Shown here: one piece after another, positions 25,528 to 39,929 of the stretch | How positions within the stretch are numbered: position 1 is the first letter of the stretch | Layout of the letters: the number at the start of each line of letters is the position of its first letter | Source: Lama guanicoe | Taxonomy: Eukaryota | Direction: 5' to 3' | DNA: 64,000 nucleotides | NCBI GenBank assembly: GCA_013239625.1 | Contig: MU053629.1 | Coordinates: forward strand, 3,189,567-3,253,566 | Program-made: the position numbers and the translations under genes | The notes under the pieces: generated by a model | What the model saw: only the letters and a program-made list of their open reading frames with translations | Told to the model about the DNA's origin: nothing | The model's database searches: none

Positions 25528-27930
25528 TTAAGCTGCATGTGTTCTTGCTTTATTTCACTTTCTCCCCTACCCCGGAAATACACAGTTCTTTAATGCTAGA
25601 AAATTATTCTGGGCTTAATCTGCTCTAAATCATTTCGACCATACAGGAATTTCTTAAAAGCTCCTAAGCATTAGGGGTGAGCTACAGCACCCCCTGACAT
25701 ATTTAGCAATCCTGTTCTTCAACCTTCACTCTGAGGGAGTTTCTTCCAGGAGGTGATCAAAAGCAGTACTGGTGCCACCTACAGTCACTGTGGGTGAAGT
25801 TCCAGGCTCCAAACATACAGGATACAGAATGAATCAGAACCAGTTCTTAGCTTGGGGGATGGGTTTGTGACATTCCAAATTCCAGGTCTGTTGGATTTGG
25901 GAATGGGGTTGAAGACTGTTTCTCACCTCTTAGCTCTGGTCCCAACTCCTCCCTTCTGGATCCGAAGCTCAGCTGAGGGGAGCCAGAGGGAGGTGGACTG
26001 GTAGCTGAGGTTCTTGATTTTTTTAGTCATCTCTGTAGGATGGGTAATCATTCCCATCCACCGTCAGCTCTCCTAGTTATCTACCCCCGCTGTCCTGCCC
26101 AGGGTTTTTTGGGGAGGACCATGTGCACATAGTTGAGAGTTGTCTTTGAACAGTATTACCAGTGTTTTTCAGTCCCAAGGATTTCTTTTTTCCCTTTCGG
26201 CTGAAACACTTCATCCTAGGCTCCCACAATGCATGGTCCTGAGCCTCACAGCCAGAGGCAGGAAGGACATAAAGCTTCAGGGACCAAGCTCAGGTTCTTT
26301 GCTGCTAGTGATCCCAGAAAAGAAATGATCTGACATTTTTAGTTTGGGACAGTAATGACTTGGGCTCACAAAGCCCCACCCCCCACCCCCAGCTTTTAAC
26401 TGAGGATGCAGTATCAGGCAAGGCATGCAGCAAGCGCTTACTAAAGTACAGTTTGACTCCACTTGACTCTTCCCAGTTTCTGGCACTGAAGCCCAACCCA
26501 TGGCTGTTTAGATACTTCCTCGTACCTCCTCGGTATAATAAGAGTTCCTTAGTTGAATTTGCAGGAGTCTATTCCTATCTCCCTGCCTTCCACACATGAC
26601 TGAGTGATAGAGCAGAACCAGGTCCAAGTTTTTCTCAAGTTTGCTCTTCCTCTAAAGGGCCTAGGTACGTGACTGTGACCATCTGTATCCCTGGCACCAG
26701 TTCAGCACTTTATACCAGACCCGGGCTTCCTTTGCCCTCCCTGAGGGAGCAAGACTAGGCTGTTGTTAACTTTGCTCCTTTTTATAGAGCAGGAAGTAGG
26801 CTCAAAGCAGGGCAGTGATTTGTCTGAGGCCACACTTAAGTGAGAAGTTGAGTTGCAACTAGAACCCAGATGTCCCCAAGTATTCTCTCCCATTGGCTGC
26901 CAGCCTGCCGGAGTGTAAGCCAAAAAAATGACAGTGTGGTGAGGCTCTGGCTACAGTGGTTGACGAGTGAGATCGCAAAGCAGGGAGAAATCTGAGCTGA
27001 GCCCAGAGGATGCTCCCATGTGGAAGAGGTACAGGGTGGTGGTCGTGTGTGTGTGTGTGTATAGTGGGGTTGTATTTGGTGGAGTTACTGAATGTCCTCG
27101 GCCCTGCTCGGGGTTCACAGCCAAGAGCACAGCCTCCTGGGTATAAGCCCAGGGTTTTGGCAGCCCATGGCTGCTTAGCAGGTAGATGAATTCAGACCCT
27201 TCACTCTTCACAGTGCTACTGGACCCAGGGACCCGCAGGGGTTGGAAGAGCTGTGTTTCACTTGAGCTGTGGAAACCAGCTAGAGCCTGAATTCAGGCCC
27301 AGGTTGTCAGTGTGCCCTCTAGGGCAGGGCTACTTTGTATCAAGGCCGAATTCTCTGTTCGTTCACTGCACTCATACCTATGGCACCTACTTCTGTAACT
27401 CCTACCCCTATCCTTCCCTAGCAGGACTAATTTCCAAGTCTCCTTTTTGGATCTTTCCCCAGCTACCAGGTTTGCACCTAATATATGAGCACAGAGGATG
27501 TCAGCTGACACACCCTGCCTCAGCCTCTCTAGAGCCCTGTTGGGCAGCCCCACCCTATGATCTGGGGGTCTCTCTCCTAGGGGACACAGGGCTTTTTGGC
27601 CAAAGAGCCAACTCTGTCATCCATATCCATGCCATCCCCAGGTCATCTCTCGATGCTTTTGGATTGTATCCTGTGGTCTGTGGAGAGTACAGTTATGTTG
27701 TGTTCCCTTCACGTAATACTAGTTGCGGTTTGTCTATATCCACTGACCATGATAGGAGGAGAAGGAGTGATCGAGGGGGACCAGACAGGTTTCCTTCTTC
27801 AGGTGGGGAATTGGGCTTGTAAATTAATCATGCCGGAGGGAGCGGGGCTCAACAGGGAGAGTTACTGGGTCTGGTCTGATATGACAGCCTCGGGGGCCCA
27901 AGGGGTAGTGGGTAGGGCTGGGAGTCTAAC

Positions 27931-28032
27931 CTGGTGAGTGTAGCTCAGCGGGGTGGCTGAAGTGCCTAAGTTCAATGTAGAAGTCCTCGGGCGGGTACCT
28001 GGCTTCCAGGGCACTGATCTGGAAATGGGAGT
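27931..28032 (-). CDS. MEGF11: MEGF11 cytoplasmic cassette exon (102 nt, phase 1-1)
   Basis: cctctcactag| and |gttaga; (D)SHFQISALEARYPPEDFYIELRHFSHPAELHSP; keeps frame. Confidence 0.85.
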
Positions 28033-28703
28033 CTAGTGAGAGGAATGACAGGGAGGAGCCATTATTCCCAGGGCCCTGGTATGGCGGGGGCAGCAAGGTG
28101 CAGAGTACAAGGGGCCGCGGGCAGGAAGGTCAGGGTGGGGCAGGCTGGAAGGAATTAGGGCTTCTATATGTAGCATCCAAAGGAGCTAGGGCCAGAAGGG
28201 CTAGGGGGATTTGCTAGAGCTGAGGCCACTGGCCTTGCTACCGCTCATCCCCACCCCTCACCCTCATCCCCACCCCCATCCCCCACAGGAATTGGTGTCC
28301 GTGAGGGCCGTGGGGCAGAAGGAAGAAACCCTTGAAAGGGGCACCTTGGTAGGGCCTGGCTCAGGCAGGGGTCCGTTTCCCAGGTGGTGAGTGCATCTTT
28401 TGCCTCCATCTGGAATCCCCACATCTGGGCCCTAGCTCTCTCCCTGGTAGTCCCTGGGTCATAGCCACCTTCTCCCTATCCCCTAATACAGGGATGAAAG
28501 GCGTGCTGGGCTTCATTTGCTTGTGAGAACTGAAATAGGGGCTTGGGTTTCCTCCCCACACCCCTTCTCCCTGGGGGGAACCATGCTCAAGATTCCTCTA
28601 CTCACTGTCTCCCTTGCAGCTGGGACGGGGCCCCTGTCAATATGGGAGAAGGAGAAGAGGGTGGGACACGATGGCGGAGGACCAGACTCAAACCACTACT
28701 GAC

Positions 28704-28770
28704 CTAACACGTTCACATAGCTGTAGGGGGTCCAGCCTGCCATGTCTCTGTCAAGGGACTTGTTACTGAG
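28704..28770 (-). CDS. MEGF11: MEGF11 cytoplasmic exon (67 nt, phase 0-1)
   Basis: ctctccaaacag| and |gtcagt; LSNKSLDRDMAGWTPYSYVNVL; frame pairs with the 119-nt exon. Confidence 0.85.
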
Positions 28771-30528
28771 CTGTTTGGAGAGTAGGAGAGCGAGTTAATA
28801 CCTAGTGCCCTTGTGATGCCCCTGCCCCACTTTGCTTTGCCCAGCCTCAAGCACCCACCCCTGTGGGAGGCGGCGGGGAGGAGGCGGCGGCGGCTTACTT
28901 ATACCCAGGACAGAGATCTTCCACAGGCTTTGGGACTGACTGATTCATTTCTGGTGTCTGCCAGAACTAGCTTGAGGCAAGCTGGGGGAAGCAGGTCAGC
29001 TGGGTGGGGGCAGGAGACAGGGCGCTGGGAGCACCTAGCAGCAACATGAGGTCATCTCCAGCACAGAGGGAGGTGCTGAGGCTGCCTGTCACACTGTCAC
29101 ATCCCTGTCATCTCTGCCACCTGAGCTGAGTATGAGTGTCTCCCTTTCGTGTGACCAAGGGAAAGCTTCAGGGTAGGGTGTGCTTATGGTGTAACCCTTC
29201 CTCTTGCTGCATTCCCACAGCCACCTTCATGAGGCAAGGATGGTTGTCGTCATTTCAGAGTTGGGACCTGAGTCCTGCTTGTGAGCCCTGCACATGGACA
29301 CACATGGAGTTGATGGCAGAGCTGGGTCTGCAGCTCAGGTCTTAGCTCCTAGACCCATGTCTTTTCCATGTTGTCACAGCTGCCTGCCTCTGCTGTAAAT
29401 GCCCCATCTGCTGGGCGGAGGGGTACTTGACCACACAGGGCCACTTTGGGCCCTGGGGTGAGGTGAGCCAGAGGGTCACCAGTGGGCTACTCTGGAGTAA
29501 GTCCAGCCCCTTACTGAGTGAAAGAGGGTGGCTGGTGACCAAGAATAACATGGCCACAAGGGACTTTTACTCTCACCCCTGGCATCCTTTGCCTCTAACC
29601 TTCTGTAGCCTTGATAACATGGCTCTAGTTCATAAAGGGTCTCCTGGAAAACTCCTGGAATCCGTTCCCTTAGCTCCTCAGGTAAGCCTAAACCTGGGAA
29701 GCTGGGTGTGGGGCTGATGGCCACAGACTTTGCATGTGGAGCTCAGGGTGCCCTCAGGATGAGAGCTCCTTAAGAGTGGCCTTCGGGCGCTGGCTTCACT
29801 GGTGGCCCTTGGGCCCGTACGGTGTCTGTGTTATTGTTGTTAGGGCGTTCAGGGCGCATCGCCACCAGGTCTGGCAGCAGGCAGGTCTGTGGACTGACGG
29901 ACATTTCCTCTGGGGCAGAGGGGGAGAAAGGCTCCCTAGAGCTGAGGCCTGGGGGCCGAAAACGACGCTCCTGCCTGTGTTCCTTGCCCAGGATGGACGT
30001 TACAGGAAGCCAGGGGTCCTGGGGCTGCTCCCCACCCCCAGCGAGGTCCTGTGTGAGTGTGTAAATACCCAGGTGGGTGTCAGCGAGCCCGCTGACCTTG
30101 TGGTCCTTGGGACTGTTCCTCATTTCTGAACCTTTCGCTCTGCCCATTGAGTCCTGCCACATCGGGGGGCTCCCTACACCTGAGTGCTGAGACATCCTTG
30201 CCCAAGAGCCCGTGACTGAGAGGACGTCCTGCCAGCGCCAGTGTCAGGCTGGGAGCTGTGAGGGAAGGCCCTGTCCGAGGTGGTGCACACCTGACTTGAA
30301 GGCCTGCAGGACTCACTGTTAATGGGAACACTGGCTGTGGCAGAAGTTTGGGTTCCACGTCCCTTGTGTTGGTTCTGATAACAATAAATGGTTACGGGTG
30401 TGCACGGATAACGTGGCATGCGCAGATGTAAAGGTAACAGGTGGCACCTCAGTAGCTGGTGACACTGCTGTGCTGACTGCACACCTGGTAACGTGGCGTG
30501 ATGGGTGGTGTGGTGGGTTTTTCCCCCC

Positions 30529-30770
30529 TTTTTAAATTGAAGTATATTGACTTACAGCATTGTGTTAGTTTCCAGTGTACAGCACAGTGATTCGGTTGTG
30601 TGTGTGTGTATATGTGTGTGTGTGCACACAGCCATATTCTTTTTCATTACAGGTCCCTACAAGTCGCTGAACATGGTTGTACATGGGCTGTACAGTAAGA
30701 CCCTGTTGTGTATCTGTTGTGTGCATAGCAGTCTGTATCTGCCAATCCCAAGCTCCCGGTTTACCCCTCC
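30529..30770 (-). mobile_element. L1 3' end (artiodactyl-type) with internal TG run
   Basis: tttttaaattgaagtatattgacttacagcattgtgttagtttccagtgtacagcacagtgattc is a reversed L1 3' terminus. Confidence 0.8.
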
Positions 30771-31163
30771 TGGTGGTGTGGTGTTTTGATCCCATGTGTT
30801 ACTCTGTGGCAGAAGCAGTTAGATGATTATGTGTGACCGGAAGTCTACACATGATTACATGATGATCATATGGCTCGGTGACACGCAGGGTGTGGGCGTA
30901 TGTGTCAATACTGAGTGGCCCTGTGGGTTGGTTATGTGTGTGGTCTGCTGCTCACATGGCACTGGCTGGCTCCATCTAACCTGCTGGCCTCTGGTTACAC
31001 GCTTCACATGTCTGCATGGGATCACAGGCTATGTTTATTGTATTGGCAGTTGGTTCCATACAGACCCTGGGCGAGGCTGTGATGGTGCAGTTTCTTCCTG
31101 GGCAGAGGTGAGGGCTCAATGGGAAGACAGTGAATGGGGGCTGGGGAGTCAGGGGCCCGGTAC

Positions 31164-31282
31164 CTTGGTGGGGCTGTTCCTGTCCAGAGTGCTGGCCTGG
31201 CTGGTGGCAGGCCCCCCGCACGCCAGTGCGTGGTAGCTGGAATTGGAAAAGCACTGGGCGTGGCTGCTACTTTGAGACAAAT
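31164..31282 (-). CDS. MEGF11: MEGF11 cytoplasmic exon (119 nt, phase 1-0)
   Basis: ttctcttcccag| and |gtaccg; (D)LSQSSSHAQCFSNSSYHALACGGPATSQASTLDRNSPTK. Confidence 0.85.
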
Positions 31283-32623
31283 CTGGGAAGAGAACAAGGT
31301 GCCACATACCATCATACCCCTGCCCCCGGCATGAGACAACCCCCAAATGAATGCTTGGACCGCTTTGAGAGTGTTCTGCAAAGAGGGGCAGCCAAGTCCC
31401 CATCCCCCAAGCTTCCTGCCATCCACTGCTCCCCTGGGACTCTCTCGAGCCTGATTTGCCCCTTTCCCTGTGTGGCCCTCCTTGCAGCATGCAGGTTGGG
31501 CTTGCCAGTGTGGAGGTGGTACCAGATGAGAAGTGTTGGTTTGACAGCCTAAGATATCCCTGAGCCATTGTGTCAGGCTGTGCTGAGACTCTCCCGCCTC
31601 CCCCAGGTTCGGACCCCGGTAGTGAGGCTGTAAAGAGAATCCCACTCCTCTTGGCCCCAGTCCTGCCCTCCTGCAGATTCCAGGATCTGCGCCCTGGGCT
31701 GGGGAATTCCGGTGGAATGGCGTGGGGAAACCCGGCCAGCCTTGCTTGTTAGAGTCACAGAAGAAAACCCCCAAGTCTTCTCTGTGAGCTTTGGGATTTC
31801 ATCAGGGGAGATGCTTTGGCTGAAACCCAGGGAGGCGTGCAGGCCAGGAACCCTGAAGGCAGGGTCTGTACCCAGGCTGCCCATCTGCCCCGCAGCCCTA
31901 GCACAGAGCTGGGCGGTGGTGGGCAACACTTAGCAAGAATGGGCTCACGTGATCTTGGTTTTCTAAGTCCAAGGTGCAGGAGGCTGCCAAGTCAGCCGTG
32001 AGCTATGGAGCCAGCTAGACAGAGCTGCCGGCCTACCCTCCCTGTGGGCAGTTTCAGAGCATTTTGACCTCTTCTGCTTAATGAAATGTGAAGCAAAAAG
32101 CCTTATTTCTAAGGCAGCAGTGCAGGGTTCAGGGGAGAGGAAGGATGTGGCCCAAGAGCCCCATCCCCACCCACCTCAGACTCCCAGATAGAATAAAAAT
32201 GCCCATTGGAGTTGTCACCACATTTGTGGTCGCACTGGGTTCCAGCAGGCCTGGTCCGAGGGACACTGTCCAAATGTTCAGACTGCCCCTAGTCAGGCAC
32301 TTTCCCCTTCCACTGTTTGATTAGGTCCCTCCCAACTGTGAGAACTGGGAGGGAGGGCTGCTCTGAGGCTTTCATCAAGGAAGCAAAAAAATGGGACAGG
32401 GCCTGGACACGGCCCCAAGGCCGGTTTCCTGATGTGACACAGGCATCGGACTGGGAGAGGTTCCCGGAGCTCTTAAAGTGACTGCTAAGTGTGGGTGCTC
32501 CTGCGGCTGAAGCCTGGGGAGAAGGATCGGGGGCTCTGGGCAGTGGAAGGAGGCACCGAACCATAGCTGTGCAGAGCTGAGCACCCCAGAAATGAGACCC
32601 CCACGTGTAGGCATAGACCCTCA

Positions 32624-33193
<570 letters not shown>

Positions 33194-34169
33194 TCAACTG
33201 CCTAAAGTGGGTGAAGTCCCAGGTCTGCCAAGGAGCAAATGTGGTCATGGATGGGAGACAACATAATGAATGTTTGATGAGTATTTCACTCTAGTCTAAG
33301 AATGAGTTATAGATATTAACTCATTGGCAAATAGCTTTCTAGCAGCCCTATAAGGGCTGTTTATAAGTCCTTTAAGAAATAAAGACTATTTAACTATTTC
33401 CCTTTCATAGCTGAGGAAACCGAGTCACCGAAAGTTTAGGCACCTGGCCCAAATCACACAACCAGTAACTGGGAGAGATGTGTTTCTCAGGAGTCAGGAA
33501 AAACTGGACATGGCCCTTCTCCCCGCCTACCAGCTGTGTGATTCAGAGCCTCGGCCTGTAACATGGGGACAGTGATCCCACCGTGAGCGCCATATGACAG
33601 ACTGGCAACGAAAGCTGTGAGTGCTGTACCAGGGTGCCCAGGACTGCTGCTCGTAAAACCCCTCTCGACGGTACATGTGTGGGCTGTCCCTCACCCCTCA
33701 CCTCCTAGAACCAACAGCAGAAACCGCTCATCGGGCGCTCACTGTGCGCCAAGCACTGTGCTGAGTCCTTTACTCACATCTCAGCCTGGCCCTCACGACC
33801 ACACTATGGAGTCTTGTCTGCCTGGAGCCCTGGGCTCCTGGTTGAGCCCCTTGGGTCTGCCCGCTTTGCATGTGGAGTTAACGAGTCCAGCCAAAGGAAA
33901 TGACCTGCCCAAGGACACCTAGCAGGTCATGGCAGAACCAGGATTCGGTAGATCTCCCAGCCCGGTCTGCTGACCTTTCCACAGCACTAGCTTGTGGTTA
34001 CCCTTGCGTGGCTCACAAAACTTGCCAAGGATGAGAACAGCGAAGCTGTGCCTAGGAGGCTGCCTGTTCCACCTGCCTCTCCAGTGCCTGGAGCCTCCCC
34101 CTCCCAGCCCACTCCATTCCCACTCTCCTCCCAAATGTGAATAAAGGGATGTCACAAAGTGTCTTCCTA

Positions 34170-34667
<498 letters not shown>

Positions 34668-34856
34668 CTACCTCCCTCTACTCCCTCACTACCCTCCACC
34701 CACCCCAGGCCTCTGCCTTAACATCCCCCATCCCAACCCCAACTGGAGGAGAAACTCTTCAAAACCCAGCGGAGACCTGACCTAACGTTTTTCTCCTTGG
34801 CAGTTGCTCTGAAAATCAAGGGAGCAGGGGATGCAGGGCCCTGATGGGTGGACCTA

Positions 34857-35150
<294 letters not shown>

Positions 35151-35430
35151 CTAGTGAGGCCCTGCACCGTAATGTCTCCCTGCTCTGAACCCTCACGCTG
35201 AATGGGTAGGGGGTGGGGTGGGGAGTCCTTTGGACAAGGTGCCTTGAAACCAAAGGCCAGGCTGGTGCCTCCTTGCTGTGCAGCCATTTCTGGGCCTCCT
35301 GTCCAAGGAGAGTCTGGTCTCGGTGATCGCTGGGGCACCTTACAGCCCTGACCTTCTAGGACTTTGGGTCCATCAATCCCCTGAATATAGCCAGGCTTCT
35401 CGGTCCCAGGGGTGAGAGGGAGGGTGGTTA

Positions 35431-35847
<417 letters not shown>

Positions 35848-36679
35848 TCACCTCTTGGCCCAGTCACCCAGATTCCCATTTAGCCCAGATTCTCTGCCCA
35901 CTCTCCCAGCTCTCAGGGCTTCTGAACCTTCCGTCTCAGGAGACTTGACTGTGATTTGGAGCATGTGGGCGTGTGTGAGGAAAACTGTAAACACTGTGGT
36001 TTATGGTGCGAATACTGTGTGTGCTAACTTCCCCGCAAATATGGGGACCTTCCCAGGGTAGGGACTCTCCTCTTTCAGCTAGTGAGCTCCCTGCGGGTGG
36101 CATCCCTGTCTCCTCCATCAGAACAGAAGTGCCTTCAGGCCGCGCCATCTACCTGGGACCTACCCACGGATACTGGCTGGGTCTTACCCATCAGCCAAGA
36201 CCTCCACAGGGCAGAGGTTGGGTCTCTACCCTTAGACTGGTGGGGATGGGTGTCCCTGTCACCTCCATATCAGATTGGGTGCATCTTACAGGAACAGCCC
36301 CTACAATGCCCTGTCCAGGCCTATGGTGCCCAGGACGTCATTCACATGAGTCACCCAGAGGACGTCCTCGCTCCTCTGAAGTGACTGCCCTGGCTTCACC
36401 TCACTTCCCTGCTCCCTCTTCCTCCCCATCCAACTTCGGGGCTACTCCTTGCTCAGGTGCGAGGAGTATTAACACCCAGCAGTAATAGTGTTCATGATAC
36501 TACCAATAATGTCCGTATCTTTAATACTAGCAGTTCATAATGCCAGTGATCAGTCCTAATAATTCATCATGTTAGCTGTAGAGGCTGAGTGGAACCCAGG
36601 TGGGCATTCCTATCTGCAGAAGGAGACTTCAGCCCTGGGAGGTGAAAGCACCAGGGGCAGAGAGGTTCTGGGCGTTTCA

Positions 36680-36928
<249 letters not shown>

Positions 36929-37979
36929 TCAGGCCACCCCCACAGCCGCACCCGAGAAGTTCCCAGGCCGCAGCCATGGCCCCCTGGGGGCACAGATCTG
37001 GGTGGGAACCGCTCACCTCAGCATCCCTACCACCCTTCTCTGGTTCCACGTCAGTGAACTCCCTGTCTTGTGTCCAGAGCCACATTCTTTCAGAAGCTCT
37101 ATTATAGATGCCCAGACAGGAACAGACTGAGGCCCAGAGGGGCAGCGTCACTTGACTTAGGTCTCACGGACAGAAGTGGTCAGGCTGGGAATCCCCCTCC
37201 TGCACTCTCAGTCTAGGGCTCCCTGCACTGCCCCACAGCCTGTGTTCCATTCCCACCCATTTGTCAGCATCACTGACCCCACAGCCACGAGTGCAGAGAC
37301 CACTTATAGGGGAGGGAGAGGGACAGGTGCAGGGGGCAGGTCTGTCTGCAGGCAGACGGCTAGAGGACCATTCTGAATGTCTGTCCTTTTCCACCTGTTT
37401 CCTCTGTCTCTCCAAATCCAGCCTGTTCCTCGACCCTCAGCTCAGTCCCCTCCTCCTCGGTGGACCTCCTGGGTCCACAAGGTGCTCTCTTCCACTGAGC
37501 TCCTGTGGTATTTCCACTTTGAGTCACTTGTAGGATTTGGGTCCCAGCCCCTCCTGGAGGAGTCAGTCCTTGGTCCTTGGAGGAAGGGCTGGTTTCCTCC
37601 ACCAAGCTGCACGCTCCTTTAGGACTCTGTGTGAGCATTCACTGAGCACCCACCTCTCACTTCCCCTGCAGTCCATCCTCCACCTGCTTTCTACAGCCTG
37701 AGCTCTCTAAAGCACAGCTCTTTTCGAGGCATTGCTGTGCCCTCTCAAACATCCTCAATGGCTCCCTGTTGCCTCAGAATAAAATCTGAATTCTAGCGAT
37801 CAGCATGTAAACCTACCTCACCCAGACACATGAGCCATTGGACCACACACCACTTTCTTCCTCTGGGCCTTCACTCCAGCTGTTCCCTCCCAGAATTTCC
37901 CTGAGCCTCATGTCCAGCTGCAGAAGTCCTATCCTGCCTGCAAGATTCATCTTCAGTGCCACCTCCCTGAAGATCGTTC

Positions 37980-38452
37980 TGTAGTAGGCAGCTAGGCCTT
38001 CAGGATCAATTCTCTTCTTCCTTAGAAGCTCAGTTTCAACTGGGCTTGTGGCCACCTGCACAGCTGGGTATGCCCATGTGACTACATTATGACCAATGGA
38101 AGGTGGAAATGTGTGTCTTTATTTGCCCGCTCCTCCTTATTGAAGGGTAATGTGGATTATGGATGAGAACTGTGGGCAAGATGGCTGGAGCTCAAGCAGC
38201 TATCTTTTACCAGAGGTGGAAGCCACGTGCTGAGGATGGCAGAACAACAAGATAGAAGGAGTCTGGGTTCCTGACATCTTTGTAAGCTACCCTACCACTC
38301 CCCAGTGGCTTGCTTCTGGATCCTTCCTTTCTCCCCTCCCTTCCTCCTTTCCTTTCTTTCTCTTTTGAATGTGTGAGGGAAACAAAGCTTGTCACTTTCC
38401 AGCCAATTATTTTGGGCTTTTATGTCGCTTATAACTGAACTTAACCCTAACA
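37980..38452 (+). mobile_element. MaLR LTR (MLT1-type)
   Basis: Starts tgtagt; contains aagccacgtgctgaggatggcagaacaacaagatagaaggagtctgggttcctga, typical of MLT1J-like LTRs; boundaries approximate. Confidence 0.65.
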
Positions 38453-39929
38453 GAGTCACGCCTCGTCTCTGTTCTGGGAGGCTATGTCCCTGTTTGAGCT
38501 ACCAGGACCCTATATTAGTTTCTTCCCTGGTCTGTTACTGTGGCTTGTGAGCCCTTTCAGGCTAGACCTGGGTTCTGCCCATGTTTGTATCCCCCACAAC
38601 ACCTGGAGAAACTACAGGTGCTTCAGGCATGGTGGCTGAATATGCAGAAATAAACTGCTGCCCCTTCCCGCCTCCCACTGACTCCCAGGTTCTGGGGGGA
38701 AAGGCTGAGCTCCAAATATCCCCCTCCAGATCACAGGCTCTGTGAGGGCAAGGACCTTGGCTCTCTTATTCTCTATTGTGTCTGAGTATCCAGCACAGTG
38801 TACAACATACAGCAAACACTCAGGAAATGTTCCAAAATGGCCAAGATCTGCCCCAGGAGAAGTGACCTTCCAGGGGGTTCTGCTGGAATCAGTGACTCCC
38901 TGTCTCTTCAAGCTCCTCTCCGTTCAACACGCTCCCCGCAAAGCCCACTTCCGGCAAGTCCTACGCCCTCAGCGATGGCCTCCTTGCACCCCTGTCACGG
39001 GGGAGGGAGTCCTTGAATCCCTGAGAGCCTCGTTTGGCTGAGTCACACAAAGGATCACGGGGAGGTGCTGCTTCCTGAAGAAGAGTGACTTCCCCAGGGC
39101 CCACGTAAAGTTTGGGCTGGCACCACTCTATGCCACACTGCCTCATACTGCCAGCCTTCCCCAGCTGGACTGTGGGCACCTGGTACTAGGATCTGTGCCC
39201 ACTCTGTGCCTCTCCTGGACGTGATTAGCGGTTGGGACAAACAAAGGCAGCCCGGTACACCAGGCTCTCCAGTCTGAAGCCTTGGGTCTGGGTGCTAGTT
39301 TTACTTATGCATTCAACAAACACTTCTATGGCATGTTTGGGCACCACCCTGTTCAAAGTGCGTCCCAAATATTAGTTCCATTAACCTTGTAATACTCTCA
39401 TCTATTTTCATTATTACTCCCATTATTAACTCTACTTCACATACAAGGAGACTAAGGCACTGAGAGGTTAAGTAATCGCCCAAGATCACACAGCTAGGAA
39501 GTCCTGCCACTTATTGGCTAAGTACCTTTGAGCAAACCACATCACCCCTCTCAGTTTCTGTTTCCTCATCTTTGAATTGGGGATAATCACCCTCATCCAC
39601 TGGCCTTGGGCTGGGTTAATATCTACGGGTACCCTGGCTGATTGCTCCCCGTCCAGCAAAAACCTTAGCTCCTTCCAGGGCAGGTCCACTGCCAGGAGAA
39701 TGACAGGCATCTCACCTGAAAAGCAGGGCACCCAGCATCCTCTTCCCTGCCTCTGGGAGGTACATGATTTGGGGAAACCAGCCCTTCGTCCTGGCCCTCC
39801 AGGGAGAGTGGGGTGCCAGAAATGCTCCGCTGACCCCCACCCCCAAAACCAACTCTGAGCTTCTCTACCAAGACAGTGTTCTCTGAAGTCTCGCTCACAT
39901 CCACAGAGCTGACAAATTCACCCACAGAG

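Noticed and set aside
27253..27822. 189-aa plus-strand ORF antisense to MEGF11
   Set aside because: Non-ATG start, no recognisable domain, and no splice or promoter support
27919..27930. Intron start GTTAGACTCCCA equals the spliced junction of the 67-nt and 102-nt exons
   Set aside because: A 12-nt match with no extension; most likely coincidence
31022..31774. 250-aa minus-strand ORF and other long ORFs (48942-49664, 55149-55829, 34910-35512)
   Set aside because: Low-complexity P/G/S/R-rich translations expected in GC-rich introns; they overlap real exons in the wrong frame or strand, or run through MIR/LTR repeats
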